From a virus (Duplodnaviria > Caudoviricetes): a DNA stretch of 64,000 nucleotides. The notes beneath the pieces were generated by a model, which was not told the DNA's origin, made no database searches, and worked only from the letters and a program-made list of their open reading frames with translations. A program made the position numbers and the translations under genes. The stretch covers positions 43 to 64,042 of the IMG/VR virus record IMGVR_UViG_3300009285_001653. The stretch is one strand, 5' to 3'. Below, piece by piece: positions 26,553 to 35,635 of this stretch. Position 1 is the stretch's first letter, and the number at the start of each line of letters is the position of its first letter.

Positions 26553-27193
26553 GTGGAGGGCTCAAAGTATGCTCCTACTGCCAGCATAAGGCAGTCATGC
26601 ACGAGATGGTATCAAGCAAGACTAGCTGGTGTCAGGGGCTCTATCCAAGCTTCCAATTTTGTTACTGTCCGAGAACACCAACCGAGATTTTTAGTCAGGA
26701 GGAGAATAAGGTGAAAGTTTACCACAAAACAGGCGGGTGTGCTGTATGTCAGGAAACTAGACCACACTGGCACGAGACGGATCCTAGACCCATAGATATG
26801 GGCTATGCTCAAGCGCCAGTAGATGTAGAGGGACTAAGAGCGTATGTATGGCAGAAGTCTAGCCCGGAAGCGCGAGACGCGTATATCGTGAATGGTGGAA
26901 CTATGCCGCCAGAAATAGAAAAGTTATCAGAACCTGCTCCCATCTTTCAGATAGGCACATCGCACGTTGTCTGGCCTACGCTTTATACCTATATAAAAAA
27001 GCGAGTAGAGCGAGGGCTGGAAAAGTATGCACAACATCTGTCTACCCATGATGGAAGAGATGGGATGCATGATGCATTGGACGAAGCGATTGACCTGTGC
27101 TTTTATTTGACTAAGGTGGTAATGGAAGAACAAGATAAGCGAATAAATGCCTCTGAGATTAGGAGAGAAGTAGAGAATGATTGCCAAACATAG
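26549..27193 (+). CDS. Protein with a C-terminal all-alpha NTP pyrophosphohydrolase-like domain
   Basis: RGLEKY...DALDEAIDLCFY. Confidence 0.55.
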   Translation: MSGGLKVCSYCQHKAVMHEMVSSKTSWCQGLYPSFQFCYCPRTPTEIFSQEENKVKVYHKTGGCAVCQETRPHWHETDPRPIDMGYAQAPVDVEGLRAYVWQKSSPEARDAYIVNGGTMPPEIEKLSEPAPIFQIGTSHVVWPTLYTYIKKRVERGLEKYAQHLSTHDGRDGMHDALDEAIDLCFYLTKVVMEEQDKRINASEIRREVENDCQT

Positions 27194-27406
27194 AGTAGTA
27201 TTTGACAGTTATGGTGGCTATGATCGTATGACAGGCGCGTATAGTATAGTGCCTCTATGTTTGCCACACTATACGATAGTAGCAGACGTAGAGACCGGAC
27301 ATGAAGAAGTTCCAGAACTCAGAGACCTTATGGAACAGCTGAGTAAGTTCTTGGATGCTGCGTGGGATGCTAGACTAGAGTATCCTTATGAAATCTCGAT
27401 ACGCTT

Positions 27407-28192
27407 ATGATAAAACAACTTGATGCTACTCCTATAACCCTTGATAGCCGCGAAGATCAACTGACGGCATCTTCCTTGTCTGACTATGCACCAGTAGAGT
27501 ATAACAAGGAGCTATTAGAGGCTGGCGATATATGGTGGGGGACTGAAGAAGTTACCTATGGTGGCGAGATGAAGTCCTGTTCGGATTTTCTCTCTTCCTT
27601 ATGGAGTCATGATCGTGGAGAGAGGTTAGAGTGGCAGTTAAACAGGCTGAGGGAGTTTGTAGATGTCCCATTCTTAGCCATACACGGAATCCTAGTCCAG
27701 CCAGGAAACTCAAGACATCTGTTTGTGGCATCTGGGCCACAGATGAAAATCAATACTCACACAGGACATGAGTATTTAGAGTTTAATGTGGACACAGAAA
27801 CAAAGTGGAGATTGGATGCGCTAGCGGGATTTTTATGGAGCATACAGAATCCCAGGGATGGTGGGCCACCAGTCAGATTACTCGTCCAACCTACAAAACA
27901 TATGCTACTTGAGAATATCGCAGAGGTATACTGGTGGAGTAGGAAGCAAGAACATACTACGTTTATTCGCTACAGCGCGCCACATACCAGAGCTAGAGGT
28001 AAGATAAGTTCGTGTATGAAAATGCTTATGGCAATTGACGGTGTGGGCGAGGATACAGCGAGGGCGCTGGCGGAGCATTGTGGAGATAGTATTGTGCAGT
28101 TGATTAGTAAAGAGGAGAAGGAGCTGCTAAAGATTAAGGGCATAGGGAAGAGGACAATGAAGAAGATATGGGAGGCGTTAGGTGGGACTTAA
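27407..28192 (+). CDS. ERCC4-family nuclease with helix-hairpin-helix motifs
   Basis: DSRE, GD, EMKSxxDF; IDGVG and IKGIG HhH. Confidence 0.85.
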   Translation: MIKQLDATPITLDSREDQLTASSLSDYAPVEYNKELLEAGDIWWGTEEVTYGGEMKSCSDFLSSLWSHDRGERLEWQLNRLREFVDVPFLAIHGILVQPGNSRHLFVASGPQMKINTHTGHEYLEFNVDTETKWRLDALAGFLWSIQNPRDGGPPVRLLVQPTKHMLLENIAEVYWWSRKQEHTTFIRYSAPHTRARGKISSCMKMLMAIDGVGEDTARALAEHCGDSIVQLISKEEKELLKIKGIGKRTMKKIWEALGGT

Positions 28193-28502
28193 AGATGCTA
28201 GTTATGATTTCAAGGTAGAAGCTAGGAAAACACTATCACAACCGTCGCTTCTAGCAGCATCATGGGAAGCCTATGAGTGGCACTGGGAAGGTATAGGTGT
28301 TCCAAAACCGTGGCGTAGACTAATGAATAAATGGTGTAATAGGTTTGGTCATAGAGCAGTAGTAGTAGACTGGGGAGAGGATCAAGCATTGTCTTTGTGG
28401 TGTAAGATCTGTGACCAAGAGAAGGATTTGATTACGCCTTTTACTATAAAAATACCTACCTGGTCATCTCCAGATCAGGCAGTATACACCGGGAGGGTTT
28501 GA
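28182..28502 (+). CDS. Hypothetical protein
   Basis: CxxxGH...CxxC motif. Confidence 0.5.
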   Translation: MGLKDASYDFKVEARKTLSQPSLLAASWEAYEWHWEGIGVPKPWRRLMNKWCNRFGHRAVVVDWGEDQALSLWCKICDQEKDLITPFTIKIPTWSSPDQAVYTGRV

Positions 28503-30283
28503 TGGAAGTTGAGCAGGTTTACGGACTATATGGTAAGAGCTGGAAAGGGCTAGTGGTTCCAGAGGCTATGTCCCATCCGGCAAAGTTCAGCCGCAAGCTA
28601 GTGTATTGGATTATTACTACTGGGCTGGAGCGCGGTTGGTGGGAACAGGGAGATTTGATTCTGGATCCGTTTGGTGGTGTGGGACTAGGTGGGATAGCAG
28701 CAGCCGACTACTATCTGAACTGGCTAGGTGTGGAATTAGAACCGAAGTTCGTTAATCTAGCAGAGGAGAACTTTGCGCTGAATATGCAGAGATGGGAGAA
28801 GGATGGGTGTCCGCTGCCTGATATAGTACAAGGCGATTCTAGGAACTTAGTTGATATAGTACATGGTATAATTAGTGGTTCTATTACCAGTCCTCCGTTT
28901 ATGACTAGTTCTCTCACCACAGATAAGAAGTTTATCGCAGCAGTAGAAAGAGATAAAAGGAACGGTTCTCGTCTACAGGGAGGTTTTGTTGGAGGTGAAG
29001 ATTCTGGGTATGGTACGACACCTGGACAAGTAGGTGTAATGCCGGAGGGCTCCCTAGCTGCCATAACCTCTCCACCTTACGCTAACAGCATCCACACTGG
29101 CGAGCAAACAGACAAAGCCAGACAGAGGAAGGCAGAGAGGTTTGAGCGCGGAGAGTTTACCACAACTCGTCCTGATATTTTTACATCGCAGAAGAACATA
29201 GGAGCGAGGGCGATGTATATTAGTGACTATGGCGAAGAAGAGGGACAAATTGGGGCGATGAAGGAAGGTCGGCTTGCGACAGTAACTTCTCCACCGTGGG
29301 AAGCACAATCTGTTATGGCGGGGGATCAATTACGGCACCCCGGTTTTAGAGATAAGACGCAGAATGTCCGAGGTTATAGAGGCGATAAGGACGTGTTGGA
29401 GTACCGTGATCCTGGCCCCATCGGATTTAGCAGCATAACCTCGCCCCCGTTTTCCCAACCAGAGACAAGAGATCGTTATGCTGTACAAGACGGGTCTATT
29501 TCAGATGTCATGACGAGAAATGCGACAGTAGACAGACAGGGATCATCTATAGAAAATATAGCTAGGTTGGCTGGTATCACTTCTCCGCCCTACGGTAACA
29601 GACAAGGAAATGAAGAGACCGCCGGTAGTGTCAAAGAGGGGATAAATGACACGTATGGAGTAAGTCCTGGGCAAATAGCGGGGTTGACAAGTCCGCCCTA
29701 CGAAGGCCAGATTGTGAGAGAACGGTCAAGCCATTTGGAACTGGAACGCATGGAGAGAAAGGGTATTTCAGGAGCTTCTTACGGTATGCGTGGAAATAGG
29801 CTGCTGTTCGATTCCTATTCCAACCTGGGATCCGTCACATCACCACCTTACGAGAAATCTCTCGAAGGTGGTAGTAGACACAGTACCGATAGTGGCATCA
29901 ATAAGCGGTTCAAGGAGGAGGGCAGGAAACCTATAGAGGGCGGGTATAGTGAGGCTGCAAACAATCTAGGCAATCAGAGGGGCGAGACGTACTGGGAAGC
30001 AGTGGCACAAGTTTACCAGCAGATGTATGATCTTTTCCAGCCTGGTTCTCACGCCGCGATTGTAGTCAAGAGCTTTGTCAGGAAGAAGAAGATTGTGGAC
30101 TTGCCACAGATGACGCTTGACCTGCTAATGCATATTGGGTTTGAGCCTGTGAGCTGGATTGAGACTATGTTAGTGAGTGAGGACGGGAAGAAGGGGTATA
30201 AAAGCTTCTTCCGAAGATTGGCCGAATCTAAGGGTAGTCCGAGGATTGATAACGAAGTCGTTTTGGTAGTAAAGAAACCATAG
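28499..30283 (+). CDS. N4-cytosine/N6-adenine DNA methyltransferase with 7 tandem TSPP(Y/F/W) modules
   Basis: HPAKF, SAM motif DPFGGVG, GVELE, QGDS, then seven motif-IV copies. Confidence 0.85.
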   Translation: MMEVEQVYGLYGKSWKGLVVPEAMSHPAKFSRKLVYWIITTGLERGWWEQGDLILDPFGGVGLGGIAAADYYLNWLGVELEPKFVNLAEENFALNMQRWEKDGCPLPDIVQGDSRNLVDIVHGIISGSITSPPFMTSSLTTDKKFIAAVERDKRNGSRLQGGFVGGEDSGYGTTPGQVGVMPEGSLAAITSPPYANSIHTGEQTDKARQRKAERFERGEFTTTRPDIFTSQKNIGARAMYISDYGEEEGQIGAMKEGRLATVTSPPWEAQSVMAGDQLRHPGFRDKTQNVRGYRGDKDVLEYRDPGPIGFSSITSPPFSQPETRDRYAVQDGSISDVMTRNATVDRQGSSIENIARLAGITSPPYGNRQGNEETAGSVKEGINDTYGVSPGQIAGLTSPPYEGQIVRERSSHLELERMERKGISGASYGMRGNRLLFDSYSNLGSVTSPPYEKSLEGGSRHSTDSGINKRFKEEGRKPIEGGYSEAANNLGNQRGETYWEAVAQVYQQMYDLFQPGSHAAIVVKSFVRKKKIVDLPQMTLDLLMHIGFEPVSWIETMLVSEDGKKGYKSFFRRLAESKGSPRIDNEVVLVVKKP

Positions 30284-30482
30284 GAGGAGAGATGTTTTCA
30301 GCTAACGAACAGATTATCCTGGAGGAACTACGCCGAAGCGGCTCTGATTACGAGACACGCATTGAACTAGTAATGAGGCTTGCTAAGGCAATAGATGAGT
30401 ACTGTCCTAATGATGAAATGTGCAGGTGCTGGAAAGCTGGTTATGAGAAGGCGCTAGAAGCAGAGAGGGAGCCGTTAGGAAT

Positions 30483-32789
30483 ATGAGCCTTAACCTCATA
30501 CCAGGTCTAGTAGACTGTAAAAACTGCGATCTATACCAGAACGGTTTTGTTGTGCCTGGGCGCGGACCTGTTCCCGCTCAGACAATGTTCGTAGGAGAGG
30601 CTCCTGGTCGCGAAGAGAACAATACTGGTGTACCATTTATCGGCGCAGCTGGTAAGTTGTTGACTAAGTTGATAGAGTTAGCAGGAATTGACCCAGCAGG
30701 CGCATATTTTACAAACGTTGTCAAGCATTGGCCTGGGGAAGGTAATCCTACTCCTAAGATAAAGTACATGAGGGCCTGTGGTGCTTGGCTTAACACGGAG
30801 ATAGAACAAGTTGATCCGTACATCATTGTAATGCTAGGCAAGACTGCTATATCTCGTCTAGCGCCGGACCTGAAACTCAAGCTGCATCATGGGCAGAAGT
30901 TTACAAGGGAGATGAACGGTAGAAACCGAACACTCATCCCGATGTACCATCCTGCTGCTATGTTACATCAACGAGCATTGAAACCAATTATAGAGTATGA
31001 CTTTAGACAGCTATTGGAAGATAATCTCATTCCTCCACCAGTCAAATCAATCCCAGAAGAACCGCCATTTCAGACTGTTCCTATCGAACTACCAGGAGTA
31101 GATCAGCCCACCGTCCTAGCTATAGACCTAGAGACTACTGGCCTTGACCCAGAGACAGATAACATTGTATGCGTGTCCTGGGCTTGGGAGAAGAATGAGG
31201 GCCACGTTACCTATTATGTTGCAGAGTTCATGGACTGGATAAAAGGGTGGAGAGGTCCAGTAGTCTTTCATAATGCTCAGTTTGATATGGCGTTCATGGC
31301 TAAGTACGGTGTGTATTTTCCTCCTGAGAAAATCTGGGATACGATGCTGAGTGGCTATGTATTGGGAAAAGAGAGGTTGAGTCTCAAAGGCCGAGCGATG
31401 TTAGAGCTCGGATATGAGATGGAAACGTTTGAGGCGCTCGCGGGGGAAAAGCCAAAGGATGCTAGTCTAATACCCCCAGAGGAACTCGTTCCGTATGCTG
31501 CTGCCGATGCTGTTGTAACAAGGATCTTCTACCAAAGAGATAGAACAGAAATAGCTATGAATCATGCGGGCCCTATACTTGATATACAGCATCAACTTAT
31601 ACCTGTGTTGGACAATATGCGGCGAAGGGGCATATTGGTAGATCGGGAAAAGTTACAGGCCTTGAAGGTCGAGGCTACTAGGGAGAAGATAGACGCTACT
31701 GTTAAGGTGTGGGAGACAGTAGGGCATGATTTCAACATGGACTCTCTACCGCAACTACGACACGTTTTGTTTGATGAGTTGGGACTAAGGCCACTAAAGA
31801 GGACAAAGAGTAGGGCGGCTTGGAGCACCGATAGCGAATCTCTAAAGATCCTTTCATCACAACATCCCATAGTACCAGCTCTACTTGACTATCGAGAAAT
31901 AGGCAAAATGCGAGGAACGTATATCGAGCCAGTAGAGAAGCATCTAGGGAAAGATGGTCGTGTTCATCCGACCTGGCTGCAAATAGGGACGAGGTCCAGC
32001 AGGCTCAGTTGTGAAAATCCCAACGCACAGAACCAGCCTTCTCGGAGCGAGGTATGGAAGAAGAAGATACGAGGGTTGTATGTGGCGGCTCCTAATAACA
32101 TTCTGCTCTCTGCGGACTACTCGCAGGTTGAGCTCAGGGTCGCGGCCGCGTTAAGCAGTGATGTGAGGATGAGAGAGATTTACGAAAGTGGTGGTAATAT
32201 ACATCTCTATACACTACATAACATACTAAGGTTGCCTGGGGCTGATTCTCAGTCCCATCCTGCTGAGTACAAATTAAGTAAGAACATCAACTTTGGCATG
32301 ATTTACAGGTTGAGTGACAAGGGGCTACAAAGATACCTATGGACTATGGCAGGCATACGTGTAAGTTTGGAAGAGTCCCACAAAATCAGAACACAATTCC
32401 TGAATGAGTTTCCGGGTCTTATGGCATGGGAAGATACTGTGGTCAAACAGGTTATGAATTACGGTTGGACAGAGACACTTTTGCACCACAGGCGCTACTT
32501 CCCAGAACTTGACCCACAGGATCCAGAAGAGACGCTTAAGGCCGCTATAAACCACCCAGTACAAGGCACAGCTGGAGGAGACATAATGAGGACAGCTATG
32601 GTTAGATTAGGGCATCTTCCCCTCATCCTCAACATACACGACGAGTTGGTGTTTGAGCTGCCAGAAAGTGAGGTAGGCGAGATAAAAAACGAGGTTTGTG
32701 GTATAATGATAGAGACAGCAGAGAGTCTGCTAGGCTTCCCGGTCGAGGTTGATGTGGCAGTTGGAAAGAATTGGGGAGAGCTGGATTAA
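30483..32789 (+). CDS. polA: Family A DNA polymerase with an N-terminal family-4 UDG-like domain and 3'-5' exonuclease
   Basis: VGEAPG...HPA (UDG); DLETTG and HNAQFD (exonuclease); DYSQVELR, KNINFG and IHDE (polymerase). Confidence 0.95.
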   Translation: MSLNLIPGLVDCKNCDLYQNGFVVPGRGPVPAQTMFVGEAPGREENNTGVPFIGAAGKLLTKLIELAGIDPAGAYFTNVVKHWPGEGNPTPKIKYMRACGAWLNTEIEQVDPYIIVMLGKTAISRLAPDLKLKLHHGQKFTREMNGRNRTLIPMYHPAAMLHQRALKPIIEYDFRQLLEDNLIPPPVKSIPEEPPFQTVPIELPGVDQPTVLAIDLETTGLDPETDNIVCVSWAWEKNEGHVTYYVAEFMDWIKGWRGPVVFHNAQFDMAFMAKYGVYFPPEKIWDTMLSGYVLGKERLSLKGRAMLELGYEMETFEALAGEKPKDASLIPPEELVPYAAADAVVTRIFYQRDRTEIAMNHAGPILDIQHQLIPVLDNMRRRGILVDREKLQALKVEATREKIDATVKVWETVGHDFNMDSLPQLRHVLFDELGLRPLKRTKSRAAWSTDSESLKILSSQHPIVPALLDYREIGKMRGTYIEPVEKHLGKDGRVHPTWLQIGTRSSRLSCENPNAQNQPSRSEVWKKKIRGLYVAAPNNILLSADYSQVELRVAAALSSDVRMREIYESGGNIHLYTLHNILRLPGADSQSHPAEYKLSKNINFGMIYRLSDKGLQRYLWTMAGIRVSLEESHKIRTQFLNEFPGLMAWEDTVVKQVMNYGWTETLLHHRRYFPELDPQDPEETLKAAINHPVQGTAGGDIMRTAMVRLGHLPLILNIHDELVFELPESEVGEIKNEVCGIMIETAESLLGFPVEVDVAVGKNWGELD

Positions 32790-32828
32790 GAGGAGGAGAT
32801 GTGTCAGGTAACATTCTGGTGGTAGAAT

Positions 32829-33194
32829 ATGAAGCCTAAGATATACATAGCCGGCCCCATCAGTTTGGGGGACTGGGGTAATAACGTACATAAGGCATTA
32901 GAAGCGGCAGAACACATAGTAAGAATAGGAGGGGTGCCTTTCGTACCGCACCTGTCTCTATTGTGGCAAGTATACCACCCACATGACCATACTTGGTGGC
33001 TGGAGCAGGATTTGGTTTGGTTGGACAGTTGTGATGCTTTGTATAGAATACGCGGAGAATCAGATGGGGCAGATAGAGAGGTAGGCCATGCGTTGGCAAT
33101 GCCTATTCCGGTGTTTCTAGGAGAGCCTATAGGGCTTGGACAGCTACTAGAGTGGATTAGAGAAAGGAATAGAGATGGAAATGAGACCAGTTAG
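32829..33194 (+). CDS. DUF4406 / nucleoside deoxyribosyltransferase-like protein
   Basis: IYIAGP...PFVPH...ESDGADRE. Confidence 0.8.
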   Translation: MKPKIYIAGPISLGDWGNNVHKALEAAEHIVRIGGVPFVPHLSLLWQVYHPHDHTWWLEQDLVWLDSCDALYRIRGESDGADREVGHALAMPIPVFLGEPIGLGQLLEWIRERNRDGNETS

Positions 33195-34008
33195 GATCGT
33201 CGTATGGTCGGACGTACAGTATCCATATCATGACACGGAAACAGACCGCGCATTTAACCGGTTCCTAGCAGACTTCCAGCCCGACTTTGCTGTGTTGAAC
33301 GGCGACGGGCTAGACTTTCCTACTATCAGCCGCTTTGATCGTAATCCAGTTAATCCCACATCAATACGCGCAGAGGTCGAGGGGTTTAAGGCGTATCTGA
33401 GAGAGAAGAGCCGGATACTGGGGCCAAACTGCCACAAACATTTCAACGAAGGCAATCACGAAGACAGACTAAGAAAATATCTGTGGAGGCAAGCCCCAGC
33501 ACTTTCGGACCTGGGAGGCTTATCCTTACAAAGTCTGTTGGATCTGGGCGATTGGTCATACACCCCATACTATGATCCCATGAACGTTGCCAACGGCTCG
33601 CCTGACGCGTCCCCCGGTATAGACATTAGCGGGTTGTTAGTGATACATGGATGGGAAGCTAGGAAGTGGTCGGGTATGACAGCCAGAGAGTGCTATAACC
33701 AATTTGGCGGTAGTGGCATAACTGGCCACACACATCGTCTCGCGGCCTTCTATCATACAAAGTTTGACGGTGGGGGAGATGATGGGATAAGGGAACTGGC
33801 GACCTATGTGTGGTTAGAGGGCGGCTGTATGTGTAGTCTCACACCACCATACGCACCAGCACCAGACTGGCAACAGGGCTTTGTGGCTGGTTATTTGTTA
33901 CCCGATGGAGGGGCCAGTGTTAGATTCGATATACGTCAGGTGCCCATTATACATAATAAGTTCATGTGGAATGGGCAGCTATATACACCACAAAGCAGGG
34001 GTAGATGA
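33175..34008 (+). CDS. Calcineurin-like metallophosphoesterase
   Basis: SDxQ, GD, GNHE, HG and GHTH motifs. Confidence 0.9.
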   Translation: MEMRPVRIVVWSDVQYPYHDTETDRAFNRFLADFQPDFAVLNGDGLDFPTISRFDRNPVNPTSIRAEVEGFKAYLREKSRILGPNCHKHFNEGNHEDRLRKYLWRQAPALSDLGGLSLQSLLDLGDWSYTPYYDPMNVANGSPDASPGIDISGLLVIHGWEARKWSGMTARECYNQFGGSGITGHTHRLAAFYHTKFDGGGDDGIRELATYVWLEGGCMCSLTPPYAPAPDWQQGFVAGYLLPDGGASVRFDIRQVPIIHNKFMWNGQLYTPQSRGR

Positions 34009-34196
34009 AAGGAACTAGATGGTTGCTTAAGTCCTGTCCTAAGTGTAGAGGCGATCTGGCATTAGTGAATGAGCTAGATGGTTGGGAGTGGCTTTGTAAT
34101 AATTGTAGCAGGAGATTCCAACCTAGACCAGCCCCAACTCCTCCTTCAGAAGCACAACAGCATCACGTAATTGCTGGCTTGCCTCTTTCGCAGTAA
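34005..34196 (+). CDS. Small Zn-ribbon protein
   Basis: KSCPKCRGDL...CNNC. Confidence 0.65.
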   Translation: MKGTRWLLKSCPKCRGDLALVNELDGWEWLCNNCSRRFQPRPAPTPPSEAQQHHVIAGLPLSQ

Positions 34197-34671
34197 TTTC
34201 GTCTAGCTTCACCGCCCAGCCCCAGATTACATTTAGGGCAAATATAATCCTGTCGAGATCCATAGTATCCTCCAGATGTGTATTTAGATATGCTTCTGGT
34301 TTTACTCTTTCTTGATCTACCCATATAACCAGATGAAGATGGGGTCCTGTAGACTGGCCTGTGCTGCCAACCGTACCAAGCACCTCTTCTCTTACAACCT
34401 TTTGGCCTGGGCCAACATAGATGCTGTTGAGGTGGCAGTAGCGAACACGAATAGGTACGCCATAGTACCAGAACTCGTAGTCAATGTGTAGGCCACAGTC
34501 GCCCATCCAGCCAGTAGATAGAATAGTAGCGGCGTGAATAGGGTAGAGATCGGTGCCAAATGGATAAGAGATGTCTACAGCAAAACCGCCCCCTCTAGCT
34601 ACATGGTCGCTAGAATCAGAGCTATAGAGCGGAGTTGGTTGTTCAGTTGTGCTTGGAAGAGGGAAGTACAT
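34123..34671 (-). CDS. Endolysin, M23 peptidase
   Basis: H...AVD, YCHL and STGPHLH motifs. Confidence 0.85.
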   Translation of the reverse strand: MYFPLPSTTEQPTPLYSSDSSDHVARGGGFAVDISYPFGTDLYPIHAATILSTGWMGDCGLHIDYEFWYYGVPIRVRYCHLNSIYVGPGQKVVREEVLGTVGSTGQSTGPHLHLVIWVDQERVKPEAYLNTHLEDTMDLDRIIFALNVIWGWAVKLDEITAKEASQQLRDAVVLLKEELGLV

Positions 34672-34673
34672 AG

Positions 34674-34928
34674 CTATAACCTCGCTATAACAGTTGCTAC
34701 AAGTGAAGAGGCTGTTAAAGATAAGGGAACTATCCAGCGTAGCAGGTTACGCTCACCTCGTTGTTCATTTGCTCCCTGTTCTAATCTATCAACGCGTCTG
34801 GCTAGGCCGTCCGTACCGTTACCTATAACATAGCTCTTTAGTACAGCTACATCGCTTTTAACTTCTCCCATATCCTCACTAAGTTTAACGAGAATAGCTT
34901 TCACTTCTTGTATTTGTGATGTATACAT
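34674..34928 (-). CDS. Coiled-coil plus TM protein, holin or lysis-associated
   Basis: GNGTDGL motif, C-terminal TM segment, next to the endolysin. Confidence 0.55.
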   Translation of the reverse strand: MYTSQIQEVKAILVKLSEDMGEVKSDVAVLKSYVIGNGTDGLARRVDRLEQGANEQRGERNLLRWIVPLSLTASSLVATVIARL

Positions 34929-34935
34929 AGCACTC

Positions 34936-35319
34936 CTATGGCAAAATGCCTAAACTGAGACGCCCTGGATGTTCATACCAATAATACTTCCAATACATTC
35001 GAGCGGCCCATATTTGCAAGTAAAGTGGAGAGTTGATCTTTCTAAATGTATGTAGCTCATATCTGTAAGCCATAGCCTCACGATTGTAAGGGCAACTATC
35101 GCTAAGATGTTTAGCCTCGTGTGCTAATGTACCAGCTGTATCGTATGCATTATGGTGTTGATCTATGACGATAACAATCGTCTTTGACTTACAAAGAGCG
35201 TATCCACCATAGCTACGTTTGCCTTCCTCTACCTGGATCTGGTATTGTTGTACAAGCGTATATTCCTCTGGCGCGAGGCTTTGCAGCAATAGTAGGGCTG
35301 CTACAATAAGAGGATGCAC
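34936..35319 (-). CDS. Secreted or membrane HExxH metallopeptidase-like protein
   Basis: Signal-like N-terminus; LAHEAKH...E. Confidence 0.55.
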   Translation of the reverse strand: MHPLIVAALLLLQSLAPEEYTLVQQYQIQVEEGKRSYGGYALCKSKTIVIVIDQHHNAYDTAGTLAHEAKHLSDSCPYNREAMAYRYELHTFRKINSPLYLQIWAARMYWKYYWYEHPGRLSLGILP

Positions 35320-35356
35320 TAATTACTGCTCCTTATTTCTACTAAAGGGACAACTA

Positions 35357-35635
35357 TCATACCTTTACCACCATGTATTTCGTTAGCTGCTTCAGGAACG
35401 TCCTGAGTTTTGCTAGGCTGGTTATCCCGTCAATGTAGGCGTCTATCTGGGCTGGCGTGTAGTACTCAGGCGACCAAACAGGCGAAACAAACTTCTGCCC
35501 GTCCCATGTGTCTCCAGGACTGCCTTGCTCAGACTGAAGAAGTTGAACACCTTCTGGCGGTTGCCACTTCGAGGTGTCGCCATCCCAGTCAATAGCATTT
35601 ACCACTAAGTTATTCTTCAGGATAAGATAGCGCAT
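35357..35635 (-). CDS. Tail-fibre-associated small protein
   Basis: VVNAI.WDG pattern; likely ATG coupled to the fibre gene stop. Confidence 0.6.
   Translation of the reverse strand: MRYLILKNNLVVNAIDWDGDTSKWQPPEGVQLLQSEQGSPGDTWDGQKFVSPVWSPEYYTPAQIDAYIDGITSLAKLRTFLKQLTKYMVVKV

Noticed and set aside
28883-29900. MTase repeats as a diversity-generating retroelement template/variable pair
   Set aside because: No reverse transcriptase gene, and differences between copies are not adenine-specific
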